Virus record (IMG/VR): IMGVR_UViG_2974521666_000001
Direction: 5' to 3' (one strand)
Length of the DNA: 64,000 nucleotides
From: a virus
The position numbers were made by a program, and so were the translations under genes. Within the stretch, counting starts at the first letter, position 1. The number at the start of each line of letters is the position of its first letter. This document shows, in pieces, positions 9,484-20,584 of this stretch. Under the pieces are notes generated by a model. That model was not told where the DNA came from and searched no databases. It saw nothing but the letters and a program-made list of their open reading frames with translations.

Positions 9484-12400
9484 CCAGCCCGGCAGGCGGT
9501 GGAGCCGCCAATCTCGGTACCGTAACTGGTAAAGTCCGTATCACTTACGAGTCGAGTAACGTTCGCAGCGCTGTCAAAGACATTGAGGGCCTACAGGCTA
9601 CGCTGTCCGACGTAGGCCGGAGCGCGCAAAACGCTGCGTCGGACGTAGACCGCGCCGGTGGCGTTGTGTCCCAGTTTGGTCGAATGATCGATCGGCTGGG
9701 GCAGAAGGTCATTCCCAACCCTGCTGAGGGCCTTGGCACCAGGGTTGAGAACGAAACCACTAGGGCCACTAAAGCTGTAGCGAACCTGCAAAAGCAGGCC
9801 GGTAAGGCGAACGTCAAAACCTCTGTCACAGTATCGCCAACAGAGGTTCGCCTAGATCGGCGTGCGCTTGAGAATTCTCTTGAGCAACAGCAATTTCGCC
9901 GGCTGACTCTTAGAGCCCCTATTCAATTGGCTCCAAGCAGCTTGGAGCTGGATCGCCGGGCATTTGAGAGGGTTGTAGAGCAGCAACGGCTTACGCCACT
10001 GACACTGCGTGCCCCTGTACGTGTGGTGCCTACGCGCGTTGACGTTGACCAACCGCAAGGTGGCGCTAACAATGTCGGCGGTGGAGGCTCCAGTGGCATA
10101 GCAGGCGTACTGCCTATGCTGGGCCGTGTCACTGCTGCTGCTGCCGGTGCTACTGCTGCGGTGGCCGGTGTTGGGTTTGTCCTCACCAAAGGCTTTGGAC
10201 GCCTAACGGCTATCGAGGATGCAACAACCAAGTTGCATGCCATGGGGGTTCAGGCCAAGGACATCGAGCGAATCTCAAAGGCTTCCTTGCAGTCTGTTGA
10301 GGGCACGGCCTTTGGCCTGGAAGAGGCGTTCAACACTGCAGCCGATGCAATTAACGCAGGCATCAGGGTTGGCGATGACCTCAACAAGTACCTAAACGCC
10401 ACGGCCAACACGGCGTCCCTTGCTGGTGTTGGAATGCAAGACCTTGGTAGTGCTTTCAGCCAAGCAGCTATCCAGGGCAAGTTGACTGGTGACGTGCTGC
10501 AGCTGCTTGTGTCTCGTCAGGTGCCTGTGCTCAAGTTGCTGGCTGAAGAGTATGACGTAACCCAAACCAAGGCACAGGAAATGGTGTCGAATGGAGAGGT
10601 CAGTTTTGACCGCTTCATCAACGCTATGAGCAAGACCGGTGGCGCAGCAAAGGCCATGGGCAACACCATCGGTGGCAGCTGGCGTAACCTAGGCGCTGCT
10701 GTATCCCGTTTGGGTGCAAACCTTCTCGCTCCACTGTTCGGTAAGCAGGATGCCGGTGACGCTGGCGTTATCGCCACGGCTATTCAAAAGATCACGTCTG
10801 CCGTAGATGCCCTAGGTAAGAAGGTTAAAGAGCACCAGGGCACCATCATTAGCTTCTTCGAGGGAGTTGCTAAGGTAGGCATTGCCACTGGCAAAGTGTT
10901 TATCGGCCTGGTGACTGTAGTGTCGGATGCCGTGGTGAAGATCACGGAAATCGTTGGTGACCTAACAGGTTGGGTCTCACAGGCCTTTGCCGCTATAGCG
11001 GATACGTTTGGGGCCGACGGCGTTGCGGCCAACGCTCGCCAGTTCGCAGACTCCATGCATGACCTTGGCACTGGCATTCGAGAGATACGAGATGCCAACA
11101 TAGGCAAAGTAAACCGTGCCATGGATCAGGCATGGGCCACGGTTGAGAAGTGGGCCGCTGAGGCGCGGGCTGCCGCCAATGCCAATAAGGACCTAGGGGA
11201 TTCTACAGATCGACTCGCTCCAAAGTTCGTTACTCTCAAGGAAGCTCTCGAGAAGCTTGAGATTAAGGCTAAGTCGGCTGAGGCTGCCCTCATGGGCACC
11301 AACGCCCAGTTCAAGGAATTCCTCGAAGAGATCGAGGAAAAGGGTGGCACGCAGGAACTCATTGATACGCTAACGCGTATCCGCGAGCAGTTTGTCAACG
11401 GTGGCCGTCAGATCAAGAACTATGCGGATGCCATTGACAACCTAAAGGATTCGACGCAAAGCGCAGCAGACAGGGCTAACAGCCTAATTGACGCGCTACA
11501 GGGCCTGGGCCTGCTCCCCGGTGGAGATGCGTTGAGTTCCTACAACGAGGCATTTGAACAAATGACCTCGTACATGTCCAACATCATTGACCTTGCAGAC
11601 ACCACCGGTGATGCACTGGCCAATATGGATGGAACACTAAACCTCAACAGCAAGAACGGCCGAGCACTCCTCGAGAACATCGAGAAGATTCGTCGCGAGA
11701 TGGTGCAGCTCGTCGTTCAGGGCGAGGCTGATCCCGACGAGGCTTACGCGAGAACCGTACAGGGTCTACAGGATTTGCTGCAGCGTCAGGCTGGCATCAG
11801 CCCTGATGTGGCTCAACGGATCATCGATGCATACCTGCCCAAAGACGCGATCCTCGAGTCGCTCAAGGCGCAGAACCCAAGGGACGCTATCGAGTCCATC
11901 TGGGAAGGTGACCCGGCCAAGATCCAAAGCGAACTGGACCTGCTCACTACCACGCAGGACATTCTCGCGAAGATCGTTGGGCCTGATGGAAAGCTGCATG
12001 TTCCTACGGTTTTGGATACACCGGGAACCAATGCCGGTGACGAGACCAACCCGGCCCCAGCACTGCAGGGTCCACCTCACCCCGAAACCGGTACTGTTGC
12101 AGCACCGGACAATACACCCAAGCCGCCAACACCTGAGTTCAGCGGCCCTATCCCCCAGGGGCCTCCAGCCGGCAAGACTGTAGCACCGGAAAGCCTAGGG
12201 GGACTACTTGGTGGACCGGACTACGAGGCTCTGCAAAACCAGATACAGAACGACACTGAATTCCGTAAGAAGTTCTTGGATCTGGCGTCTAACAAGGAAG
12301 CCTTGGATAAGGCTCTCAAGGACAACCCAGAAATTGCCTCCCAGCTGGACGAGCTGGTTAAGCGTGCCCAGGCACAGGGCCAGAATCTTAGCGTTGCATT

Positions 12401-15035
12401 CGCAGAGGGCTTGATTGAAGGCACGCCTGAGGTGCGGCAAGCACTGCTTGAGCTGGCCGGTCTTGCCGGTGACTACCTAGGCAATTCGCCAGCAAAGTAC
12501 GGGCCTTTGTCCGGCAAGGGCTGGACACTGTTCCGTGGCAAGACGTTTACGTCAGACTGGGCCAAGGGTATAGCAAGCGAAAAGGCCACTGCCGCAGGCG
12601 TTACCAGTGATGTGGCGGGTGCAGCTGCAGACGGTCTAAGTGCTAGGGGCGCAACGCCTTTGAACACTCAGATTGAGGGCCTTTTACGTGACTTGCAAGC
12701 GTTCTCGGACATTGGCAAGCACCTGCTTGAGTTCGGTAACCAGATCTCAGACATTGCCTTTAGCGTTGCTAAGTTTGCCAACGACATGTCGGGTGGCAGG
12801 CTGTTCCCCAAGAGCTATATCAAGGACACTACAGCCAAGCAGGGTGGTAGCGCTCTAGGGCCTTGGAACCCAGGCGGTTCCGTGTGGGCCGGTGGTGCCC
12901 GTGGTAGCGGTGGCGCTACTGGTAGCGGCAGCCGCATGGCTGGGGCAGGCAGACGTGGTGGCGCACCAGGGAAGCTGGGACCCAACCCCTCCCAGCAAGA
13001 CATTGCTAACTACATCTACAACAAGGCTCTGTCAGAAGGGTATACGCCAGAGCAGGCCCGCGATTTTGTGGTGCAGGCGTATGGCGAAAGCCATTTGTCC
13101 CCTACGGCTTCCAACCCCGCTGGCTGGGAAGGCATCTTCCAGTTCGATAAGCCCACTTGGCAAAGTGCCGGTGGTGGCAACATGTACGATGCTGCCCAGA
13201 ACGTAGACAACTACTTCCGTCTCGCCCGCCAGCGCGGCCTAACACCTGAAAACTTTACTGCTGGTAGCCAACTGGGCACACAGGTTAGCATTGGTGGGCC
13301 TTGGCATCCGGAGAATGCAGCTAAGGGCCACCTTGATGCAGCGCTCAAGGGAGCCAAGCCTTTCCTTGATGCCATCGGCAGCACGCCGACAGTTACTCCG
13401 CAAACCACTACTGCCACTAAGGCAGCCACGCCCCCGGCCGCCAAGGGTGGCATGGTGGATGTGATCACTCCTGGTGGCCCGATTAAAGCCAAGGCAGACA
13501 TTGCCGAACGCATGGTTGGCAATGGTGCTTGGCAGTATGCAAGCCAAACCGCTACTGTCAGTAAGCAAAGCGGTGACATCACGCCGCCACCTGGACTGCC
13601 GGCTGGTGGTTCTCAAAACACTAACAGCGCATTGGGTTACCTTGAGCAGATTGCAAGCCAGTTCGGCTTGAAGCTGACATCAGGGAAACGTAGCAACGCT
13701 ATGACAGCCAGCGGCAAGAGCTGGCATCTGTCTGGTGAGGCTGGGGACTTTGCCATACCGGGCGTACAGGTCCCAACGGAGAACAAGCGCAAGTTTGCCG
13801 AGTACGTTAGGGACACATTCGCACCCTATATCCAAGAGCTGATCTACAGTGATGATCAGGGTGGCGTCAATCTCTTCCAAGGCAAGCCACACCAGTACAG
13901 CGCCGGAACGCTGTCAGAGCACCGTAATCACGTGCATGTGGCAGTCCGAAATGAGATGTTGGACGCTTTCGCGCAGGCCGCAGCACCAGGGTCCATCCCG
14001 CCAGCGTTCGCCCGTGACACGGGCCAGCAGGGCACGCCTGTGACCCTCACAGGGCAATCCGCAGCGGCCTTGCGGGGCATCTGGGGCAACACAAACGGCC
14101 TGCCTAGCATGCCCGGCAAGCTTGCTGATCTTGTAGAGACAGACCCGGTCTTGCGTGACGCAATGCGCAACCAGTCCCAGTTGACTAGCGACACAGTGGT
14201 TCCCGTGCTGCAGCACCTGGACGGCTTGATTGCTGATCAAGACAAGCTGGGTACACCTGAGTCCAAGGCCCTATCGGAAGCTCTGGGAGGCTACAAGTCC
14301 CAGTTGCAGAACCAGTTTGGCCTGCAAGAAGGCCCATCGGCTTTGGACCAGGCACAGACGATTGCTAGCGGTATTTCGTCTATTGCCACAGACATTTTCG
14401 GTGTGGTCGACCAAGGCCTGAAGGTTGTGGCAGCTACGCAGGATATGGCAAACACCTTTGTGCGGGGCATCGAGAACACGAAAGACGTTAACCGTCTAAT
14501 CGATAACGCGCAGGAATGGATCACCCTGTTCCAAAAGGGCTTCCAAACCGCTAGCAACATTACTGGTTTCGCAGCACAAATCGCTGCAATGGGTGGAGCT
14601 GATCCTACTGGTGGCGGCAGCGCGGCCCAGGGAGGCTTGGCCGCAGCAAGTGCTATCACTGGCATCATTGCTCAGGGCCTTGCAGCAGTGAACACAGCCA
14701 TTGACATTGGCCAAGAAGCCTATGGCATAGCTACCAAGTATGTTGGCCGTTTCATCCAGAGCTGGACCGGCCTCACTGGCTCCAGTGACGTACGGTACCT
14801 ACTGGATGAGGTTAGCGGCAAGGTTCAGGCGTACAGCAGCGACAACCCACAGAACAAGACTGAATTCAATACGCTTGGTAGGCAATTGGGTGCTAGAGGT
14901 TACAGTGACCGGCCAACCGTGATCAACAACAACACTGTGTACCAAGGGCCTGGGCAAGACCCACGAGACACGATGGATGACATGATGTTCACCATTCGAG
15001 CATCTGGACAAGGGGCGTTCGGTTATGCCATCTAA
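9480..15035 (+). CDS. Tape measure protein (1851 aa)
   Basis: Very large Ala/Gly-rich coiled-coil protein after the chaperone pair. It has an internal transglycosylase-like motif (ESHLSPTASNPAGWEGIFQFDKPTW) and a metallopeptidase-like motif (SWHLSGEAGDFAIPG ... HRNHVHVAV). Confidence 0.9.
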   Translation: MTSPAGGGAANLGTVTGKVRITYESSNVRSAVKDIEGLQATLSDVGRSAQNAASDVDRAGGVVSQFGRMIDRLGQKVIPNPAEGLGTRVENETTRATKAVANLQKQAGKANVKTSVTVSPTEVRLDRRALENSLEQQQFRRLTLRAPIQLAPSSLELDRRAFERVVEQQRLTPLTLRAPVRVVPTRVDVDQPQGGANNVGGGGSSGIAGVLPMLGRVTAAAAGATAAVAGVGFVLTKGFGRLTAIEDATTKLHAMGVQAKDIERISKASLQSVEGTAFGLEEAFNTAADAINAGIRVGDDLNKYLNATANTASLAGVGMQDLGSAFSQAAIQGKLTGDVLQLLVSRQVPVLKLLAEEYDVTQTKAQEMVSNGEVSFDRFINAMSKTGGAAKAMGNTIGGSWRNLGAAVSRLGANLLAPLFGKQDAGDAGVIATAIQKITSAVDALGKKVKEHQGTIISFFEGVAKVGIATGKVFIGLVTVVSDAVVKITEIVGDLTGWVSQAFAAIADTFGADGVAANARQFADSMHDLGTGIREIRDANIGKVNRAMDQAWATVEKWAAEARAAANANKDLGDSTDRLAPKFVTLKEALEKLEIKAKSAEAALMGTNAQFKEFLEEIEEKGGTQELIDTLTRIREQFVNGGRQIKNYADAIDNLKDSTQSAADRANSLIDALQGLGLLPGGDALSSYNEAFEQMTSYMSNIIDLADTTGDALANMDGTLNLNSKNGRALLENIEKIRREMVQLVVQGEADPDEAYARTVQGLQDLLQRQAGISPDVAQRIIDAYLPKDAILESLKAQNPRDAIESIWEGDPAKIQSELDLLTTTQDILAKIVGPDGKLHVPTVLDTPGTNAGDETNPAPALQGPPHPETGTVAAPDNTPKPPTPEFSGPIPQGPPAGKTVAPESLGGLLGGPDYEALQNQIQNDTEFRKKFLDLASNKEALDKALKDNPEIASQLDELVKRAQAQGQNLSVAFAEGLIEGTPEVRQALLELAGLAGDYLGNSPAKYGPLSGKGWTLFRGKTFTSDWAKGIASEKATAAGVTSDVAGAAADGLSARGATPLNTQIEGLLRDLQAFSDIGKHLLEFGNQISDIAFSVAKFANDMSGGRLFPKSYIKDTTAKQGGSALGPWNPGGSVWAGGARGSGGATGSGSRMAGAGRRGGAPGKLGPNPSQQDIANYIYNKALSEGYTPEQARDFVVQAYGESHLSPTASNPAGWEGIFQFDKPTWQSAGGGNMYDAAQNVDNYFRLARQRGLTPENFTAGSQLGTQVSIGGPWHPENAAKGHLDAALKGAKPFLDAIGSTPTVTPQTTTATKAATPPAAKGGMVDVITPGGPIKAKADIAERMVGNGAWQYASQTATVSKQSGDITPPPGLPAGGSQNTNSALGYLEQIASQFGLKLTSGKRSNAMTASGKSWHLSGEAGDFAIPGVQVPTENKRKFAEYVRDTFAPYIQELIYSDDQGGVNLFQGKPHQYSAGTLSEHRNHVHVAVRNEMLDAFAQAAAPGSIPPAFARDTGQQGTPVTLTGQSAAALRGIWGNTNGLPSMPGKLADLVETDPVLRDAMRNQSQLTSDTVVPVLQHLDGLIADQDKLGTPESKALSEALGGYKSQLQNQFGLQEGPSALDQAQTIASGISSIATDIFGVVDQGLKVVAATQDMANTFVRGIENTKDVNRLIDNAQEWITLFQKGFQTASNITGFAAQIAAMGGADPTGGGSAAQGGLAAASAITGIIAQGLAAVNTAIDIGQEAYGIATKYVGRFIQSWTGLTGSSDVRYLLDEVSGKVQAYSSDNPQNKTEFNTLGRQLGARGYSDRPTVINNNTVYQGPGQDPRDTMDDMMFTIRASGQGAFGYAI

Positions 15036-15897
15036 GAACCTGGAGCCGGGCCAGTTCCAAATTGGTAATCTGGTTATGGGTTACTACACCATGTACAGCA
15101 TCGAGCGCTTTGACATTGGCAATTACGATGTAAACGTACAGGACTCACAGGCTCAGGCTAGCAACTTTATTCGGTTTGGCCAGGATACGCTGAAGCCCGC
15201 GCCGGTGCAGTTGACCATCAACTTCCGTAAGAATCGCCAGATGGCCAATGTTTCTGCACTGCTAAAGGATCCAGTGGTCCTGAACTTCGACAATGACCCG
15301 GGGCTTGGGGACCTCCAACGTGAGTGGAGGGCTGAGGACGTTATGCTGGAGTGGGGTGCCACCAAGCCACTGTACTTCTGTGGCTCAGATGGCATTACGC
15401 GTATGTTCTTTGGCCGTCCAGGCAAGTTGGCCTATCAGCTGCAGAGGGTCGTAGACTCCCTATACTATCAGTGCCAGGCAGAGTTTCGCCGGCTGGATAC
15501 GTTTGCTTACAGTGAGACTGAGTGGTACCATCGCTTTGAGCTGAATGAGCCTGAGACTCTAACGCTTACTCGTGGCAATGCTCCGAGCTGGGTGCGGTTC
15601 TTGATCCAAGGACCGGCCAAGCACCCCATCATCAACTTTGGATACCATCAGCTGGAGCTAGACTACGATATTCCAGAGGGTGAGATTGTCGAAATCAGTA
15701 GCTATCCATGGTCTCGTCGTGCAGTGACCAGCGCGGGCAATAGCGTGGCGGCGTACTTGATCGGCGAAGACCCATATCTGGAACACGTACGCTTTAATGA
15801 CCATGAGGCCAAGGAGATTTCATGGAACGCTACCGACACTAACGAAAACACCTCAATGGTCTTGCTGTGGCACGACGCATACCAAATCCTGGAGTGA
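15025..15897 (+). CDS. Distal tail protein (Dit-like minor tail protein)
   Basis: 290 aa, immediately after the tape-measure gene with overlapping start; conserved position in siphoviruses. Confidence 0.5.
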   Translation: MPSKNLEPGQFQIGNLVMGYYTMYSIERFDIGNYDVNVQDSQAQASNFIRFGQDTLKPAPVQLTINFRKNRQMANVSALLKDPVVLNFDNDPGLGDLQREWRAEDVMLEWGATKPLYFCGSDGITRMFFGRPGKLAYQLQRVVDSLYYQCQAEFRRLDTFAYSETEWYHRFELNEPETLTLTRGNAPSWVRFLIQGPAKHPIINFGYHQLELDYDIPEGEIVEISSYPWSRRAVTSAGNSVAAYLIGEDPYLEHVRFNDHEAKEISWNATDTNENTSMVLLWHDAYQILE

Positions 15898-15901
15898 GGC
15901 A

Positions 15902-17089
15902 ATGAGTTACTACGACCGGTTCCACTTCATGGTGGAGGACATTCACGGCAATATCATTGCTCGTGACGTTGTCCCTATGGAACCCATAGTGACTCGTATG
16001 CTGTCTGGCCCGTGCGGCATTGAGTTTAAGGTCCACCCCAAAGACCCGAGCGTACAGCTCCCCAATAGCCAAGGGCCAATACAGTTCAAGCCATGGGGCC
16101 ACTGGATTCATGCGCTGAAGGAGGACCTTTCTGGCAACGAGAAGATATGGGCCTCAGCGCTGGTGCAACCCAGTGATGTTGACCCGCAGACCGGAATTCT
16201 GAGCCTCAGAGCTGAGGGGTTTGCCAACTACCCCAAGGGTATTCCGTGGCTGCAGAATTGGAACCCAATCGCAGTGGACCCCTTCGAGATTGTGACCAGA
16301 ATATGGACTCACATTCAGTCGTATGCCAATGGGAACCTAGGGGTTAAGGTCACCAACAAGAACGGGACAATGCCTGCTTTGTCAGGCACGCAAATGCTGC
16401 CCGGCTTCAGCTTCGAAAACGAAGAGTTCGTACAAGATTTCTTCGCGATTTTCATACGGGCAGTAGATCGTAACGACTGTGGGGAATACATCAACAGGCT
16501 GGCCCGTGACATTCCGTTCGACTACTGGGAGGCCACTACCTGGGAGGGTGGGCAGGCCCCGATTGAGAAGTTCATTAGGCTTGCATACCCTTCCGGTGGC
16601 GTAGACCAGGCAAGCTTGATCTTCCGCATGGGTGAAAACGTTATAGCCGCTACGCCAAAGCAAGAGACACAGGTCGAGTGGTTTTCAGACATCACGATCA
16701 ACGGCTACTTTCCTGGGAAGGTATACAGCTCTACGCTATCCAACGCAGACCCAGACCGCTACCGGCGTGTGATGGATGAGGTTGACCTCAGCATTAACTC
16801 GAATGAGCGTGCGGCCGCGTGGGCGAAGCGTAAACTAAGCCGCAGGCAGTACCCCGCAGCACAGTTCCAAAGCCTAGTGATTGATCCCTATCACCCAAAC
16901 GCGCCGCACGGCAGTTTTGATGTGGGAGATATCATTAGGATTCAGGGGCCGGTGCCGTGGGCAGGGGACATCAACGTGAAGCACAAGGTGTTGAGCCACA
17001 CATGGGATGAGCAGAAAGGCGTAGTCCAGCTAGGTGTCATGGCAGAGGGTGCGTTCAACTACGACCCGATTGAGTACGTGGAGCCATAA
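15902..17089 (+). CDS. Tail-associated lysin-like (Tal-like) minor tail protein (baseplate hub-like)
   Basis: 395 aa after Dit; ATG at 15902 after GGAGTGAGG. Confidence 0.45.
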   Translation: MSYYDRFHFMVEDIHGNIIARDVVPMEPIVTRMLSGPCGIEFKVHPKDPSVQLPNSQGPIQFKPWGHWIHALKEDLSGNEKIWASALVQPSDVDPQTGILSLRAEGFANYPKGIPWLQNWNPIAVDPFEIVTRIWTHIQSYANGNLGVKVTNKNGTMPALSGTQMLPGFSFENEEFVQDFFAIFIRAVDRNDCGEYINRLARDIPFDYWEATTWEGGQAPIEKFIRLAYPSGGVDQASLIFRMGENVIAATPKQETQVEWFSDITINGYFPGKVYSSTLSNADPDRYRRVMDEVDLSINSNERAAAWAKRKLSRRQYPAAQFQSLVIDPYHPNAPHGSFDVGDIIRIQGPVPWAGDINVKHKVLSHTWDEQKGVVQLGVMAEGAFNYDPIEYVEP

Positions 17090-20000
17090 GTGACAAGCTT
17101 TTTGACGGGCGGTATGGCCGGTATCGGCAGCGGTGGCACAGGGTCAGCCGCTTCTAAAGCCCTGCGAGAGATTGACTCTCAGAAGATTAGTTACGCTAAC
17201 AAAGACTTTGTCAAGAACATTGCGTGGCTGAACCAAAGCGTAGACACGCTAAGCTCTTACACCCAGAAGCTTGAGGCCGGTGTCACACAGGCCAACATGA
17301 ATGCCCTAGAGCAGCTACAGGGTATCTGGGGAGACCTGTTTATTCTCTTTGCCGGTGGTGAGCCGACCGGTATTGAGTTGGGAGACATTAAGTATGTCAT
17401 CCAGGGCATCGGGGCGTTCTTTGGCATCAACCCCGACACGCCGTTCCCGCTGAACCTCGTTGAGGCAGCAACCCACATGCTCACCACGTATATCATTCCG
17501 TTGCCTCAATTTACGGACGTGATATTCGACTCAATCCTGCTGTGGGCAGAGGACTTTGGGCTGTCAGAAGACTTCATTGAGGCAGTCACTAACTTCCGGG
17601 ATGCCATAGAGGGACTAGGCACTAGCTTTGAAGGCTTCTTTGACGCAATCGGTGAGCTGCTCGGGGCGTTTGGCCTTTTGGAGTGGACCAGCACAAGCGG
17701 CATCGGTGAGTTGTGGGATGCACTGGTAGACTTCATCGGTGGCATCGGCAACCTTGAGTTGCTCAAACCCGTACTGCAGCTACTGGCTAATCTTGGCGTG
17801 CCGTTTATCAACGCCCTCACTGCAATCGTCAACGGTGGCAGCACCTTCCTCGGCTTCATCAGTGGCAGTCAGATTCGCTCTCTAGGCGATAACGTTGCAC
17901 CCGCCGCCAGCGCGGACACGACAGTGTGGAGCGTGGGTGGCAGTGCAACAACAGGCTGGACATTCGACGGTACCGTCAACGCCACCGGCACAGCACCGGG
18001 CAGCCTTACCACCATCGGTAATGGCATCGCGAAACGAGTATGGACACAGACGATCTACAAAGCCACCCCAGGCACCAAGTTCGTCATTGGCGGCAAGCTC
18101 CGCTGGCTTGGTATTCCGTTGGCTTCCAACGATATACAGCTGCAGCTGGTTTGGTTCAATGGTGAAACTGAAGTTAGCACTAGCCATGTCAGCATACCAG
18201 CCGGCCACGGTACTACTGGTGGATTTGTTACTGTCACATCAGAAGACATTGTCGTTCCGAACAACGTTGATGGCTTCAGAATCGCTGCGTGGGTAGGCAC
18301 TAGCATCAACACCGGCCAAGTGTGGGTTGACGACATCACCGTACAGCGTAGCGGTGGTATTGATGTCAACCTGATCGACGGCCTGATTGACTTCATCAAG
18401 CAGATTCCAATTAACGCAGCCAAGCTGATTGGTCTCATACCGTCACATCTGTTCGGTGGCGTACCCATATCAACACTAATTGATACGCCGCAAAACGTGT
18501 GGGCCTTAGGGGCATTCCCTCCAGAATCGGTTGAGGGACAAAGTATCTGGCACCTGGACACTGGCATTACCAAGAGCGCAGACGGCACTGGCAGTGTGCG
18601 CACCACTGCTGACGGCAGCCCGAAAGCCTTGCGGGGCATTGAGACTCCTGTTCACCCCCGGCAACGTCTGGAAATGACTGCCCAGGTGCAGTGGCAGAAC
18701 TTTGAGGGCACAGGCGAACCCATTCAGTTGCACTTGGTGCTGTACAAGCGTACGGGCACAGACGAATTCGGTGCCCCGGTATACACCGAAACCGGCTACC
18801 ACGAGGTGGCCAAGTTTGCCCCGTTCAGTGAAACGGGTGGCTGGACTGAAATCACTGGAACATATGAAGTTCCGAATGAAAACGTGGACATGGTTCGCCC
18901 TCGGCTGTATGTCGACGGTAGTGCCACAGCAGGTTTGGTGCGATTCGATGATGTCAAAGGATTCCTGCGCAACAAGATTCTTCCAGAGTGGGTTGAGGGC
19001 CTGCTTGAAGAGTTTCAAGAGATGCTCGCCCGGTGGCACCTGCTGAAGGACTCAATCTTTAACGCTCTCACCGGCAGTAGTGCATTCCTGGTAGAAATTG
19101 CCGATCTTGTAGAGTCACTACTCAACATTCCACAGATTAACATTATCGGATGGGGTGGGCCAGGCAACCTACTAGAGGCCCTAGAGGCTTTCGCTAATGC
19201 CATCGTTGGCGGTGCCGTAGGCGTTGTCGACGGCGTCGGAGCTGGGCTGGCAGACATCATTAACGTTCTGAACCTAGTGAGCCAACGTGCAAGCCAGGGC
19301 CAGAATGCATGGGAAGTGCTCGGAATCCGTAACAACACATCTATTCTCAGTGGTCTGCTAAAGACGAGCAGGGCCAACAGGAACCTGGACAAGGTCACCG
19401 GCAACGCCAGCGCCGTCTACTTTGCCGCAACACAGTCTAATACGGCCGTTATTAGTGACCGTGTGGAAGTGTCTCAGCCTCTAGGCGTTATCCGATGGAT
19501 AGGATACCCAGGCACCGGAATTACTGAGCTGTATATCAATATCTGGAAGGTCGAGGCCGACGCGTCCAAAACCCTAGTCCACCACTCTCCTAACATTGTT
19601 GGGGCTATCGACCCGACAGCCACATCTGGCAATCCGAAGTACATGCACTATGAGATTGAGGACAAGCTGGCACAGGTGGCCGGTGAGGAGTACTTCGTGC
19701 AGTGGGTGCCTGTTGGTGGCACTCTGTACCTGTTGGCAGACCAAGAAGGTAGCTACACACCAGTTGACACGGCAGCCACCATCGAGGCGTTCGCGTTTAC
19801 CCGTAGTGAGACTACGCCAAACGCGCCGGCTAGTGCCCTGGACAGAGAAGACTTCACTCCGGTTCATACAATCCCTTACGGAGAGTTCGCAATTGACCTT
19901 GGAGACTATTCTGGTCACCATGAACCTCTGGACCTGTACGTCACGGAAGAGGGCAGCCGCGTTGTTCCAGATTGGGTGAATCACGTTGACTACGTAATCG

Positions 20001-20584
20001 TTCCTGCAGCTGGTGGAGGCCGCGCGGGAGCCACTGGTGGTTTCTATGGCGAAAGCGGTGAGGCAGGCCCATTTGTTGCTGGAACTTGGCACAGAGGTAG
20101 CGATTTCAGCGGTAGCGGCGTGATCGTTGACATTGAGAAGCTGGGCCGTGGCGGTAACGGTGGCACACTACTTGATCCGTTTGGCAAACCTGGTACTGAG
20201 ACAATAATTTCTATCCCCACAGCTAGTGTCACCGTACCGGGCTGTGCCGGTGGCGTTGACCTACGCTTTGGTCTGGCTAGTGTTGGTAAGAGTCCTGGCA
20301 CGTATGAGTACAAGGGGATGAAATGCAAGGCCGGTGGGCAACAAAAGGTGTTCGGTGGCGATGGCGCATTCCCTGGAGGTGCAGGTAACGGCGGCAACTT
20401 TGCTTTGTTCCAAAGTGGAGGTAAGGGTGCCGGAGCTGCTGTGTGGCTACGGTTTAGGCAGGACGCCTTGGACGATGAAGTGTCAGAGGAAGATAACCAG
20501 CCGCCCACTCCACCTACTCTCATCAGCGTAGTCGAAAAGGGCTCGAGCTTCATTACCGTTGAGGCAGAGGGAGGTACGGACTAA
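17090..20584 (+). CDS. Large minor tail protein with a glycine-rich C-terminal region
   Basis: 1164 aa with a GTG start. The C-terminus has GGGRAGATGG..GNGG..GGAGNGGN repeats, typical of receptor-binding minor tail proteins of actinophages. Confidence 0.55.
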   Translation: MTSFLTGGMAGIGSGGTGSAASKALREIDSQKISYANKDFVKNIAWLNQSVDTLSSYTQKLEAGVTQANMNALEQLQGIWGDLFILFAGGEPTGIELGDIKYVIQGIGAFFGINPDTPFPLNLVEAATHMLTTYIIPLPQFTDVIFDSILLWAEDFGLSEDFIEAVTNFRDAIEGLGTSFEGFFDAIGELLGAFGLLEWTSTSGIGELWDALVDFIGGIGNLELLKPVLQLLANLGVPFINALTAIVNGGSTFLGFISGSQIRSLGDNVAPAASADTTVWSVGGSATTGWTFDGTVNATGTAPGSLTTIGNGIAKRVWTQTIYKATPGTKFVIGGKLRWLGIPLASNDIQLQLVWFNGETEVSTSHVSIPAGHGTTGGFVTVTSEDIVVPNNVDGFRIAAWVGTSINTGQVWVDDITVQRSGGIDVNLIDGLIDFIKQIPINAAKLIGLIPSHLFGGVPISTLIDTPQNVWALGAFPPESVEGQSIWHLDTGITKSADGTGSVRTTADGSPKALRGIETPVHPRQRLEMTAQVQWQNFEGTGEPIQLHLVLYKRTGTDEFGAPVYTETGYHEVAKFAPFSETGGWTEITGTYEVPNENVDMVRPRLYVDGSATAGLVRFDDVKGFLRNKILPEWVEGLLEEFQEMLARWHLLKDSIFNALTGSSAFLVEIADLVESLLNIPQINIIGWGGPGNLLEALEAFANAIVGGAVGVVDGVGAGLADIINVLNLVSQRASQGQNAWEVLGIRNNTSILSGLLKTSRANRNLDKVTGNASAVYFAATQSNTAVISDRVEVSQPLGVIRWIGYPGTGITELYINIWKVEADASKTLVHHSPNIVGAIDPTATSGNPKYMHYEIEDKLAQVAGEEYFVQWVPVGGTLYLLADQEGSYTPVDTAATIEAFAFTRSETTPNAPASALDREDFTPVHTIPYGEFAIDLGDYSGHHEPLDLYVTEEGSRVVPDWVNHVDYVIVPAAGGGRAGATGGFYGESGEAGPFVAGTWHRGSDFSGSGVIVDIEKLGRGGNGGTLLDPFGKPGTETIISIPTASVTVPGCAGGVDLRFGLASVGKSPGTYEYKGMKCKAGGQQKVFGGDGAFPGGAGNGGNFALFQSGGKGAGAAVWLRFRQDALDDEVSEEDNQPPTPPTLISVVEKGSSFITVEAEGGTD

